From the NCBI GenBank assembly GCA_964199315.1, contig OZ116699.1, forward strand, positions 32,984,001 to 33,048,000: 64,000 nucleotides of DNA, read 5' to 3'. A model generated the notes under the pieces. It saw only the letters and a program-made list of their open reading frames with translations, ran no database searches and was not told the DNA's origin. Numbering within the stretch: position 1 is the first letter of the stretch; every line of letters starts with the position of its first letter. The translations under genes and the position numbers were made by a program. This DNA is from Orbicella franksi (Eukaryota). This document shows positions 10,585 through 21,600 of this stretch, piece by piece.

Positions 10585-13418
10585 AACGTGTGGCCGGTCC
10601 CTCTAGGGTGGGAGGGACTGAAGAAAGTGAAAGGTGCCACCACCACCACCACCACCATCATCATCACCATGAAAAAAAGAACTTGATGAAGCCTCAAAAC
10701 TGCAGATGGAAATAGAAAATCAGGAAATAAAAGTAACCTATTCTCAAGCCAAAGATGCAACTGACAAGTTTATGGAAATGACCGGAGATGACCAGAGGTC
10801 CTTCAATCACAAGCTTTTAACTGGAATCCAGGGCCACTCCAAGGAAGGAAACGAATTAATTGAGGAACTAACCAACGGAGCAAGGTAAATTTATTTTACG
10901 ACTTTTAATGGATCACAAGATACATTAAAAGTACTAAGTTTCATTCTATGTTTCAGGGAAGAACCTGATGGAGTTTATGGTCCACCACCAATAAAAAAAG
11001 GGTATTTGTCGATCTCCAGAAAGAAAACGCCAGACCAGTAAAATCTGGCCCTCCCCATAAAAAAGGAGCGAAAACAAGAGCTCAAAAAATAAGGGCGTTC
11101 AGCTCCCCCTTAACAGCCCATTGGACAGCGAAGAAATTAATGAATACGAACATCGCCACTATCACAGACATCCTGATTATCACAAGGGTGATCTTGGTAG
11201 GAAGCCCCTAAATTTTATAAATTACCGCAAACAAAATTTCACATTCATCCAGAGGAGGATCTGACTTATGCAGTTTGGAACAATATTTCATTGGCTAATC
11301 GATAATTTATTTAGACGATTTTTATTGACTTTTTTACTGATAATTATCGATTATCGATCGGTGACAGCCTGACCGATTGGTAAGCGTGACAAGCTTATGT
11401 GAGCGATCGGTCAGTGTGACGGATGGCCTTTGGTGACCCAAACCGATCGGTAAAGTTGAGCCCGCGACTATATGAGCCTGCAACGAGAAAAAATATTTTT
11501 TTAAATTCAATTTCCCGTTTTTTTAAGTTTTGAGTTCTCGGTCTTGAGCCCGCGATCCTGAGCCTGCAATACTTGGGTACCTAAAAACGTCTAGGTGAAA
11601 AATCATATACCCTTGACTTTTGTTAGAAAGGGGTTTATATCGCTGGCTCAGCCAAAAACATGGCGGGCTCATGTTCGCGGGCTCAGTTTTTGAAAAAAGT
11701 GGGCAGATTCGAAAAAAACGATCATTTTTTGTTTAATGGCCGGCAGAGCAAGACTTTTGGAAGCCAACAGAGCAAGGTGAGGCCAAATTCACCTTAAAAT
11801 GGTCTCAGGGTGTAGTTCTTCTATCGAGGAAGTTAGGGATACACCTTTTCACGAACTTTCTGACATTATCGGAGAGGTAACGCTAGAACAAACTGAAATT
11901 CCTTTTAGCGAGTGGGATTCAATGTAAGATGTCTGGCCTGCGGATACACCTACGTCAGCGCATGACTGGTGGAATCAATATCAAAAGGATAATCCTTACG
12001 GGCCCGCTCCAAATCCATTTTCTTTTACTGTACCCGATGTTGCAGAAGAAGACGATGAGAGATCTGTTCTTAGCCTCACCAATGAAGAGTATGATAAGGC
12101 CCTCGCAGATATTGAGAAACTTCTTGAAAAAATGAGAGCGACATCTCCCTGGGAGAGTTACGTTTGGCGTAGAGTTCCCTGGGGTTGTGGTGGTAGCCGT
12201 GATGTGGCAGCCAAAAGGCTTGCGGGATTGTGGTTATATGTTGCAAATAGTGCTCACCCGGCAATTGTAGAAGAATCAATGAAATTTTTGTTTCTGCATG
12301 GTAGCCCAAAAATGATGACAAAAGCTCTTGTAGGAACTCTTACAAATTTAAGGAGTGGTTATGGTCAGGTTGTGGGACCTCCCTTTCTTAGATTTTAAAC
12401 AACGGAACCCCCGAAAATGAATTTTTATTAAGAAACCTATAGGGGCCAATATGCCAGGAGAAAAGGCTATGAGCAGGGGAGGAAGCTCTTATCAATACAC
12501 GGGAATTTTTGAACAAACAGCTTTAGCTCTTCAAACAGCTCTAGATAGTTCTAGAAGGGTACTAGGAAATTGCATTGATAATTCTGTTTACAACTGCCAG
12601 GAAAATGCAGACTACGGAGTCCGCTTCGGATACCCCAAAGCCTAGCTAAGAACGTGAGGTGGCCGGTCCCTCTGAGGTGGGAGGGACTGAAGAAAGTGAA
12701 AGGTGCCACCACCACCACCACCACCACCACCACCACCATCATCACCATGAAAAAAAGAACTTGAGGAAGCCTCAAAAGTGCAGATGGAAATAGAAAATCA
12801 GGAAATAAAAGTAGCCTATTTTCAAGCCAAAGTTGCAACTGACATATTATGGAAATGACCGGAGATGACCAGAGGTCCTTCAATCACAAGCTTTTAACTG
12901 GAATCCAGGGCCAGTCCAAGGAAGGAAACGAATTAATTGAGGAACTAACCAACGGAGCAAGGTAAATTTATTTTACGACTTTTAATTGATCACAAGATAC
13001 AATAAAAGTACTAAGTTTCATTCTATGTTTCAGGGAAGAACCTGATGGAGTTTATGGTCTACCACCAACAAGAAAAAGGGTATTTCTCAATCTCCAGAAA
13101 GAAAACCCCAGAGCAGTAAAATCTGGCCTTCCTCCTAGAAAAGGAGCGAAAACAAGAACTGAAAAAAAGGACGTTCAGCTCCACCTTGACAACCAATCGG
13201 ACAGCGAGGAAATTGATGAATAGGAACCTCGCCATCATCACAGACATCCTGATTATCACAAGGGTGATCTGGGTAGCAAGCCCCTAAGTTTTATAAATTA
13301 CCACAAAAAATAATTTCACATTCATCCAGGAAGAGGAACTGGCTTACGCAGTTTGGAACAATATTTCATTGGCTAATCAATAATCTATTTTAACGATTTT
13401 GATTGACTTTTTTTTTTT
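10585..13418 (+). mobile_element. Unidentified insert with two ~750-bp direct repeats (10585-~11335 and ~12651-13418) flanking a 1.3-kb internal region
   Basis: The two copies align over their whole length (aacgtg..ggccggtccctct...cagtttggaacaatatttcattggctaatc...attgactttttt) at roughly 90% identity by eye. The block sits between the N- and C-terminal halves of the YR. Confidence 0.85.
11736..12645 (+). pseudogene. Degenerate ORF of unknown family within the insert, probably spliced
   Basis: ATG at 11736 plus a putative 52-nt GT-AG intron (11777-11828) gives MAGRARLLEANRARKLGIHLFTNFSDIIGEVTLEQTEIPFSEWDSM*DVWPADTPTSAHDWWNQYQKDNPY...FLFLHGSPKMMTKALVGTLTNLRSGYGQV. There is one internal stop, and a frame break follows at about 12400. 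Confidence 0.45.
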
Positions 13419-13890
13419 GGCATGATCAAGGCGACCAAGACCGTTAAAGATGGGTCTGAGCTTGCCAAAAAGGGAGTCTGTAGTACCAGCGGCCAAACGT
13501 CGGATACACTTACAGGTCACCCTGGAGCACGTGGGGGCGTGAACCAGTGTTCGCCCTGATTTGTTCTTATGAAAAAGGAATTTTATCACGACATCTGCCG
13601 TACAAGACGATATAATCTTAGGCGGGAAAGCCGACGCGAGGAACGTGGAAAATTGCTGCTCCAGAGCTGACTTCTGACGCTGATAGAGCTTGCTGCTAAC
13701 AGAAGACTTAAAGTTTTGGAAGCGTTCCTGAATCGCCCTCTCATCCACAGCATCTTGTCTTTTCTGAACAGCTGGTTTAAGAGGAGCGGTGGCTACTCCA
13801 CACGCCTGGCAAAAGTTAGCGTCCTCATCGTTTGGACATAAGCATGAAGGGGAGCGACGGGCGGGTTTCCAAGGCCGCAGAACCCGGAAA
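13419..13890 (-). pseudogene. Tyrosine recombinase N-terminal half (Cys-rich ribbon plus core-binding region)
   Basis: ORF 13377-13976 reads WKPARRSPSCLCPNDEDANFCQACG...YQRQKSALEQQFSTFL...RRLAAGTTDSLFGKLRPIFNGLGRLDHA. It then runs into the poly-T end of the insert. Confidence 0.75.
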
Positions 13891-13899
13891 ACAGACCAT

Positions 13900-14660
13900 A
13901 ACGAATGGGAAAAAGACCTAGAAAACGCAGCGGTAAGACCATAAATCCCACTGCAGGTTTTGCGCCGACCATGCAAACAAGCGCAGAGCGAGAAGGGAGA
14001 AGCATTGCGGTTCCGTCGCCTTTCCTGCCGAGCAAGAGACGGTCAACTGCGACAGCCCGAAGAAGAACCCACCAAAAACATCTTGGATGCACGTCGGAAA
14101 CTACCAGAGTAGAATTCTGATCCACAAAATACTTTAAGAGTGGCCCGACTAAAACAAAGGGCGGATAAACTTAAATGTTATGCCCCAACGGAATGGGTTG
14201 CGCGAAGGCGTTAACCCCTTGAGAAGCCGGAGTGATCTCTTCGACAGTTACTGTCTAACGACATGAGATCAAATGAGTGTGGACCAGAACGACTCTCCAC
14301 CAAATCCCAGCCTTCCTCGGACAGCATGCAGTCTAGGTCAGAACACGCCCGCTATGGCTCGTCTGCTGGATTGCCCTGAGAGGGGACGAAATGAACATCA
14401 ATGGCAAAGTTCAATTGACGGCTACACAGTAAAATCGCCTTGACGGATTCGTTACTAGAGGAACTCTTGCAGCCAAAATTCTCCAAGACAGCCCTGAGGG
14501 TTCGATTATCGGTATGAACATCAACCCTACAGTCACGGATGTGATCTATAAAAGCGAGTAGAGAATGCAGCAAAGCCTTAGCATCGAGAGAGTTGATGTC
14601 ATCCGAATCATCTAGCCAATAATCCTTTTCTATCTTCGAGGGGAACTCCGCCCCACGAGC
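13900..14660 (-). pseudogene. DIRS RNase H and methyltransferase-like (MT) domains
   Basis: RNase H: RVDVHTDN...DVHFVPSQGNPADEPSR. This is followed by GPHSFDLMSLDSN...NAFAQPIP...VYPPFVLVGPLLKYF, which matches the PPF-type MT domain of DIRS elements. Confidence 0.75.
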
Positions 14661-14719
14661 GTTTAGAGGTATCGCAATGCAGTGTTGCTCCGACCTCCAA
14701 GGAAGGCAATCTGACCAAT

Positions 14720-15719
14720 CATCTAGGAAACGCTAATACTGTATATCCGAGCGGAGTTTTCCCTGGACTTTAGTAGCCACCTTAAAAGAACGCCTAAGCT
14801 GGCTATGGCGCTAAATACTTCGCGGACATAAAGCTTGCAACCAGGAATGGCTAAACTAAGGGAAACGAATTTTCCCGCGAAAAGCTGCAAAGGCTTGAGA
14901 TTGGCCAGAGAACATAATAAAATGCTTTCCCTCAAAATCCCAGACTTTGTCTTCTTATCCGGGGGAACTAAAGACTGTTCCGCATGACGGTAGTCGATAT
15001 ATTGCGGTAGGGGAACTCCAAATGAGCGAGCAGCGTGGGAAACGATTGTGGTAGATAAAGGCGCTCGCCTTCCAACCTAAAGGCAGGTCACGAAACACGA
15101 AGAAAACATTTTCCCATTCGAGCCCAAAGTAAGTGTATGACGATGGATGGAGATGGACATGCCGATACCCACTTTTATTGTGAAAAGTGGTCTCGAAATG
15201 CCCCCGCAAAACATACCAAGGTAAATCTGAAAGGTGATCCAATTGAAACGGAAGATCCCTGACCCACAAATTTAAAAATCTTTCATCACGGCAGAGACGA
15301 GGCTTTGACGGTTCGACCGTGATAGGAAGAACCAAATGGGGCAGCGATACGACCACGACCTCGCCCCAAACTGCTAACACCCCAGAGGCCTCCCACTGAG
15401 CAATGGTATGGCTTATGAAATCAGTAAACTGTTTGCAAACAGCTGAATTATTAATTTGAGGGGCGGGAGACGTCTGCGCATGATAAAATTGCCCTTTAAA
15501 GTCCTCCTTAAACGTGGTGAAAAATCGCTCCATCGGAACGTCATCTTGTACTATCTCGAGAAGATCCACAGTAGAACAGCTAAAATCTGCCAGAAGATGC
15601 TCCCACACTGGTGAACTGTCATGAATCATTCCAGCTCTAAAATGGTCTGAGTCACGGAAACGAAGCTGATTTAAAACACCTCGATCTGGGCGCGAGAAAA
15701 CCATCTCAGTGAAAGCCAA
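14720..15719 (-). pseudogene. DIRS reverse transcriptase
   Basis: ORF 14955-15719 contains PHLVLPITVEPSKPRLCRDERFLNLWVRDLPF...KSGYRHV...YFGLEW...LPLGWKASAFIYH. It is frameshifted before the YxDD region. Confidence 0.9.
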
Positions 15720-16419
15720 GGGGCCAAAGAAGGGTTGGGTTCCTGTAACAGAGAGCAGATGGGAACAGGTGTACTTGACCGCATGTGCGAGTCCCGAGCC
15801 TCCATGATCTGAGAGGCGAACAGAATTTTTTGCCTAAAACGGGGCAAAGAAAAACGAGAACGAAAACTAAACGATGGACCAATATTTACAGGGAAACCAA
15901 CCCCTCGTTGACCCTAGAATTCGAACCAGGTCCAGAATAGAGACGCATACAAGGTCCCCCAGGGTCAACGATGGGAAAGGTAAAAATGGAAAAAAAAAAA
16001 AACTAAAGAGACAAAGCACAGAGAAATATTTGCAAAAAATACACGGTAAACAAAAGGCTTGCAACTGAGTCCACAAACAACTAAATCAGCGAGAGTTGCC
16101 ACGCCAACCTCCATTCGGAGCACCACGTCCTCTACCATATGGGAACGGCGTCTGGGAGAATCTATAGGCGCGGGCGTAATGCCCTCGAAGACCACATCGG
16201 TAGCACCGATGTGGTCAACCCCAACATCAAGCACTGTAGTTCAGAAGAATTCAGCGAGTCCCACCTTGCCCGCACTTTATCCAACGCCGCGGCATACTCT
16301 TCAGCTTTTTGGTGAGCCTGTTTGCGTGCGAGGCGCACTAAGGCCTGTGGAAGGTCCAGTACCTCAAAACGATCGAACGCATTGTTGGGACGGTTAAGAT
16401 ACCTTCTAAGACTCCTCAA
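15720..16419 (-). pseudogene. gag-like ORF1 remnant of the DIRS element
   Basis: A helical ORF fragment (LRRYLNRPNNAFDRFEVLDL...EEYAAALDKVRAR) lies directly upstream of RT on the same strand and is frameshifted. The call rests mainly on position. Confidence 0.5.
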
Positions 16420-17523
16420 AGTACCCTCAGTGGTCTGTAAGGCCTTGTCCTGCTCAAGCGCTCTCTAACGGAACCAAACGATCGCCGGTCTGACAAAACG
16501 GACAAATAATAAAAAAAGCACAACTTAAGCGAACGAAACACAAACACAGCAGCAAAGTGCATAGACCAGTGTAACGAACAACATAAAAATAAAAATTCAC
16601 GGACGAAATAACACAAATCTAACGAAAATAAAAGACGGCAACGAAAATTTTGCGTAAATGTAAAATAGAATAAACCGCAGCACTGCTCAAAAATGACTTC
16701 CAGTGTCAACAAAACGAAAAAACACTAATAAAGCATTAAAGAAACGATAAACGTCTATTCCTCGCTATAAAGCGGTAATTACTCGCTGACAAAACGAAAA
16801 CTTCCAGCACTCAAGTTTGCAAAACAGCACAAGAAATAAGCGGTGACTCCTTGCCTACAAAGCGGAAACCTCGAACAATCATGAATATAACAAAAAATAT
16901 AAACATGATAATAGATGCGAATGCAAAAACAAATATTCACTAACTCATGGACCTTTTAGCAGAAATCGGCGCTGAACTAGAAAATAAATTTGTGCAGCTT
17001 CTATATTCGAATGTCTTGACTAAAGTGTGACGCGTATTGTCTGAGATGATGTGAAAAAATGAGCTCCACCACATTTTATTTTCTTTATATGCGAAAATAT
17101 TGCAATGATGCGCTGCTGATGCAAATCGCGAGAAATCTGAATTTGGGTTAAAAAAAGAAAAGAAAGGGAAAAAAAAGACATTAAAAAGGAAATTAAAGAA
17201 AGAAAAAAGTTATGAAAAAGAAACCCCGACCCCGACCCTGACCCTGAGTCCTCGTTTTACTGACACCCAAAGAGAAAATACCTCAGCCTCAACCATTGGA
17301 GGCGGTTCCACTTCTACGCCGACGGGGACAGCGCCAGTCGCCGGTTCTTCTGGAGTCTCAAAAGGTCCAACACCAAACAACGACAAACGCTTCCTAGCCC
17401 GGAACGCCGGCAAAATGACATTGATTGAGTCAAAACACGGGAATTTAAACGAAGAGACCACAGAGCATCATGCCCGCCCTGTGGCATAAAAGCGTGGTGA
17501 AATTTGAGGTATTAAACAGACTA

Positions 17524-17682
17524 GCCCTTTTCACGGTTAACTTTCCTCATTTGCATTACGATAAAATCTAGCATGTATGTGAGGCAATCTTGGGCTAGTT
17601 TGTAACTTTAGCCCGAAATTGCCTCGCATCCACGTTGGATTACATTTTAATGCAATTGAGAAAAATTAACCGTGAAAAGGGC
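17524..17682. mobile_element. Palindromic MITE
   Basis: It has a perfect 17-bp TIR (gcccttttcacggttaa / ttaaccgtgaaaagggc) plus internal inverted segments (gaggcaat/attgcctc, gggcta/tagccc). Confidence 0.8.
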
Positions 17683-18604
17683 AATTCCACGATGCGCTAA
17701 CTATGTATGCAGAGAGAATACTACAAGGACGTGTCTTCGCCTGTACCCAACCTGTTTACTATAGGCAGGGTCGACAGTAATTCACACTATTGAACAACTC
17801 ACGCAAACTTTGAACTTTAATAGCGGAAAACCACTTTGATAATACTGGTATTTCATCTAACGTTACACATGTATTTCATACTTTTTGAATAATGCTCTAC
17901 ATAATAAATAAATAAAAGATTCCTTTTCGTATCACCCTCGCTCTTGCTCTCTGTCGATTTGTTACAAATAAAATAAATGAAAGCGGACAAAAACCGGACA
18001 TATTGAGTAACGTATACGTATCAATAACCACTATCATTCTAAAAGGTGGTAGCAGGTTATGAATTGAAAACAGTTTTTTCATTTTTCCGTTTTTAAAAAG
18101 AAATAGATAGATAGAACTTAAACAAAAACAACAACAACAACAAAATAAAACCGTGAGAACAACAGCATAAAAAAAACTAGGCCTGGGCGGTGGAAAACGA
18201 AACACTTTATGGGGATGGCCTAACACGTATCGAGAACACCTTGATTTAATTTGTCAAGCTCTTTTAGTTAGATGCACATGTATCTTGACGTTCCTGTGAT
18301 AATCTCTTAATGGACTGCGCTGCTTAAAATTTTTTCAGAAATTGTGGGCTTTGGCTAACGTCCTCCAGAATCCTTACGGTTTAATTTAAGCAACTTCACA
18401 GTGTGTTACTTTCGAGTTTTGGAATTTATGCGGTTTATTACGAATATTAAAGTACCTATGACACATTAATAAACGCCTTGTACTAAATCTCGCATGAAGC
18501 ACCTTTAATATCGAGTTCATTTGCTCTTCAGTATACCTGCATCCGAATTTTAGGCTCGCATATATAATTTGGCCTAGCCTCGATGACTAAACACCTGATT
18601 GTGT

Positions 18605-21600
18605 TCATTGAGCTTTAAGGAGATCTTTCAGTGAGTTTTTAAAAATGAATAATTTTTTTGCCACCCTTTCTCTTTTTTTCTTTTGGTGTTGCATGCGCTC
18701 ATTTGCTTTGGTCTCGGCTGCTTCCAAAGACTCAAAGACCGAAGTGAATTTCCTGTCTGCTGTTTGCGTCAGCTCTTCCAGGTTCTCGTGTGCCCTTTTT
18801 AAAAGTGAACTTTGCGATTGTTGGTCTTCCAAACCTGGTCCATCTTTTTCGTTCAGATGGCTTATTTCTTTCTCTCTGATGGGCTCTAGCACCGGTTTAT
18901 CACATCGATCCGGCACACCTTGTTCTGGGGAGCTGAGGGAGTTGCCCGCATATCCAGCGTCCACGAAATCTACCGCCTCATCGCGCGCCAGTTGATCAGG
19001 GTCATTAATTAAACTTTCAAAGTGTCCCAGCTCTTCCAAAACTAAATGATTAAGTTTTTCGAACTCTATGTCTGCATTGTCAAGCTCTCCTTTTACTCGC
19101 TCAACAATTTCGTCAACCCTTTTCCAGTTTGAAGTCATCTTTCCTGTCATGCTGTCTGTTGTTGCTTTAATCGTCCTGATCAGATGGGCATCATCGTTCG
19201 GAGATGGACACAACTATAAACATATACAAACAGAACGTGTCAATTGATAGCCATACAAAAAAGGCAATGGTATAGTACTGATCTATATGGCTTGAAGCCT
19301 TACCTCTATAACTCCTTAAAAAGGCAGAACCAGCAAGAGTTGTTGACATAATGATGTTGCGAGTAAATATAGAATTTACAATGTGATAATCGATTTTCTT
19401 TGCCTTTCCTCGCGGTATTGTCCAAAAGAAACAGAAAACAGAAACACTCGTGAACGTTTGGAAGAACTCTAAAAAGTCTTGGGACTTGTATCCTTACAGC
19501 ATTTCTCGTTCTCCCAAACTTCCACTCGTATTTCTATTTAAAAATTAGATTATGCCCTTTCGATTCCTCTATAAGAAACAGAGAACCTTTCCGTGTTCCT
19601 ATCAATTTCGTTGGCATACCAATGGAAAATAATGTTGTCAAAAATATGGTTGGCTGAGCTATCGTACACTATCAGAAGCACACAAGGTGATATGCTTCTG
19701 ACACTATACAAAAATTAGACTACGAGCCCGAGTTTTCCATGGACGAATAGTCATCAGACCTTTTGATCGGTCAGATCAGTCCTTTAAGCCGTCATGTACT
19801 AACCTTGGCTAGCACTCTTATTCCTGTGTGTCCCATGCCTATGAATGGGTACAGCGATTTTGCGGCCGGATTATACTCGATTAAAATCTTATCCTGAGTG
19901 ATCTGTTTGCCGTTTAAAGTGAACTTAATAGGCACTTTGTCATCTTCCAACTCGTTAAACATGACTGTGCAGCCGATCAGATCTCCTCTGTAAGCCATGG
20001 CGCCTGTGCAAAAGAAAAAGATCGACAGTCAGTGTCGCGTAGTGCGATCACCACACTGACCAACAACTACAAAAATGAGAACTGTGTTTCCGCCAAAAAC
20101 TTTTACATCAACATGGCGACTAAAAAAACCCAACACACACAAAAACACGAGGTCTCGATTCACGTCACTATCTCTGCATCTGACCACAATTCCAGATACG
20201 TGAAGTGCACAAAGCTGAACTAAAGGTTATTAAACTAGATCAATGTCTTTATAGTCGCGACAGTCAATGTCCGTCACAATAGTTATGGGAGATATAGAGC
20301 GTTTTCACTCACGAGACCATGCAGCAGCCATGTGAATTTATTGGAACAAAAGAAAGCAGCTCCAACAGGATATGTTTGAGACACCAACATGGCCGCCGTT
20401 TCATTGTTTTGGAACACCAATATGGCTGCCACGATGTCATGTAAGAACACACTATTGTGTCTTCAAGTGTATGGCAGCGTGTTTGAGAAACTCAACGAGA
20501 ATTTGTTACATTTTATGGTGTTGGACACGTGTATGTGCTCTGGAGTGTGCAATGCGTGTACCGGTATGAAACACAAGTGTAGCAGCTCTCATAAGCTTAT
20601 AATTCTTTTGCATGTTAGCAGCTGTTATTGTTTTGGGGCTGGAGACATTGTTTCTGTTGTTCGTTCAATCGTTCTATCAAGAGTATCAAGCCATTCATGT
20701 GAGACCTTTAGAGAGCTGCTCCCTTACCGATATGAAAAAGTTCCGCACGCTTAGCCAACGGGGAGCTGGGCACATGTAAGTTTCGTGGAGGTCGACAAAT
20801 TTTTACCACGTGAAAATGTCCGTGTAGGTTTAATAGCACGTTTTCACTCACGTGGCCAGCATTCATACAAATTTATTGGAGCAAAATAAAGCGTAAAGAG
20901 TTCAACTCCCACATGATTGGTTTGGTACACCAATATGGCCGCTGTTTCATTGTTTTTGAACACCAATATGGCTGCCGTGACGTCATGTAAAACGCTCTAT
21001 ATGTGAGGAAGCGCTGCCTGGACAAGACTGACTAATTCATGTTGGAATATTTAAACGCTTGTAATGGGACAACTTTGTTATGTCAAAGTTCTACTTTTTT
21101 CCGAGGCCTGGAGGAATAAAGCAAAAGAATCACATTTAGGTCGAGGAATGAAAAAATATTTTTGTATTCCATTAAGTCTCGGTGCCAAGTTAGAATTTAG
21201 CACATCGATACTGGCAAATTTTGAATTCCTGCTGAATTCTTAACCTCCGATAAGTATGTTTAACAAAAAAGCAAAACACGATAACGGAGTGAGGACATTC
21301 CTATTTTCGTTTTGCAAGTTCTTTTAAAATGTTAGAATAGTAATATTTTATGGACTTTCAACCCTTAGTTTAGTTGAACGAAAAATATATTTTTGATTTG
21401 TTTATTTTAGCAGTGTCTATATTATTTTAACAGTGTGTATAGTTTGCCATAGTCAGCTCTTATTCCCACTGTTTACCTTCATCTTCCTTCCCGGCAAGGT
21501 TAACAGGCTTAAATGGTCCCAATATTTTGCCTTCATCGACAAGACACCCCACCGTTCTTTTTAACTGTCCCGGCATGGCGTGGTTTCCGTAATCCTTCCA

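Larger units (their letters stand above)
9840..16419 (-). mobile_element. Decayed DIRS-type tyrosine-recombinase retrotransposon (gag-RT-RNaseH-MT-YR), interrupted by a 2.8-kb insert
   Basis: All domains lie on the minus strand in the order gag-like, RT, RNase H, MT-like, YR. There are multiple frameshifts and stops. The termini are not resolved; 9020-9290 and 16450-17000 may belong to the element. Confidence 0.88.

Noticed and set aside
12400-12650. Firm call of an endogenous parvovirus NS1 helicase
   Set aside because: There is no GxxxxGK[ST] Walker A, the supporting frame has about 4 stops while another frame is open, and no capsid is recognisable. It is kept only as a hypothesis.
10585-13418. 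LTR retrotransposon/TRIM
   Set aside because: The direct repeats lack TG...CA ends, a PBS/PPT and a TSD, and they contain an intron.
18645-18995. 116-aa plus-strand ORF
   Set aside because: It is an antisense shadow of the final TRP exon.
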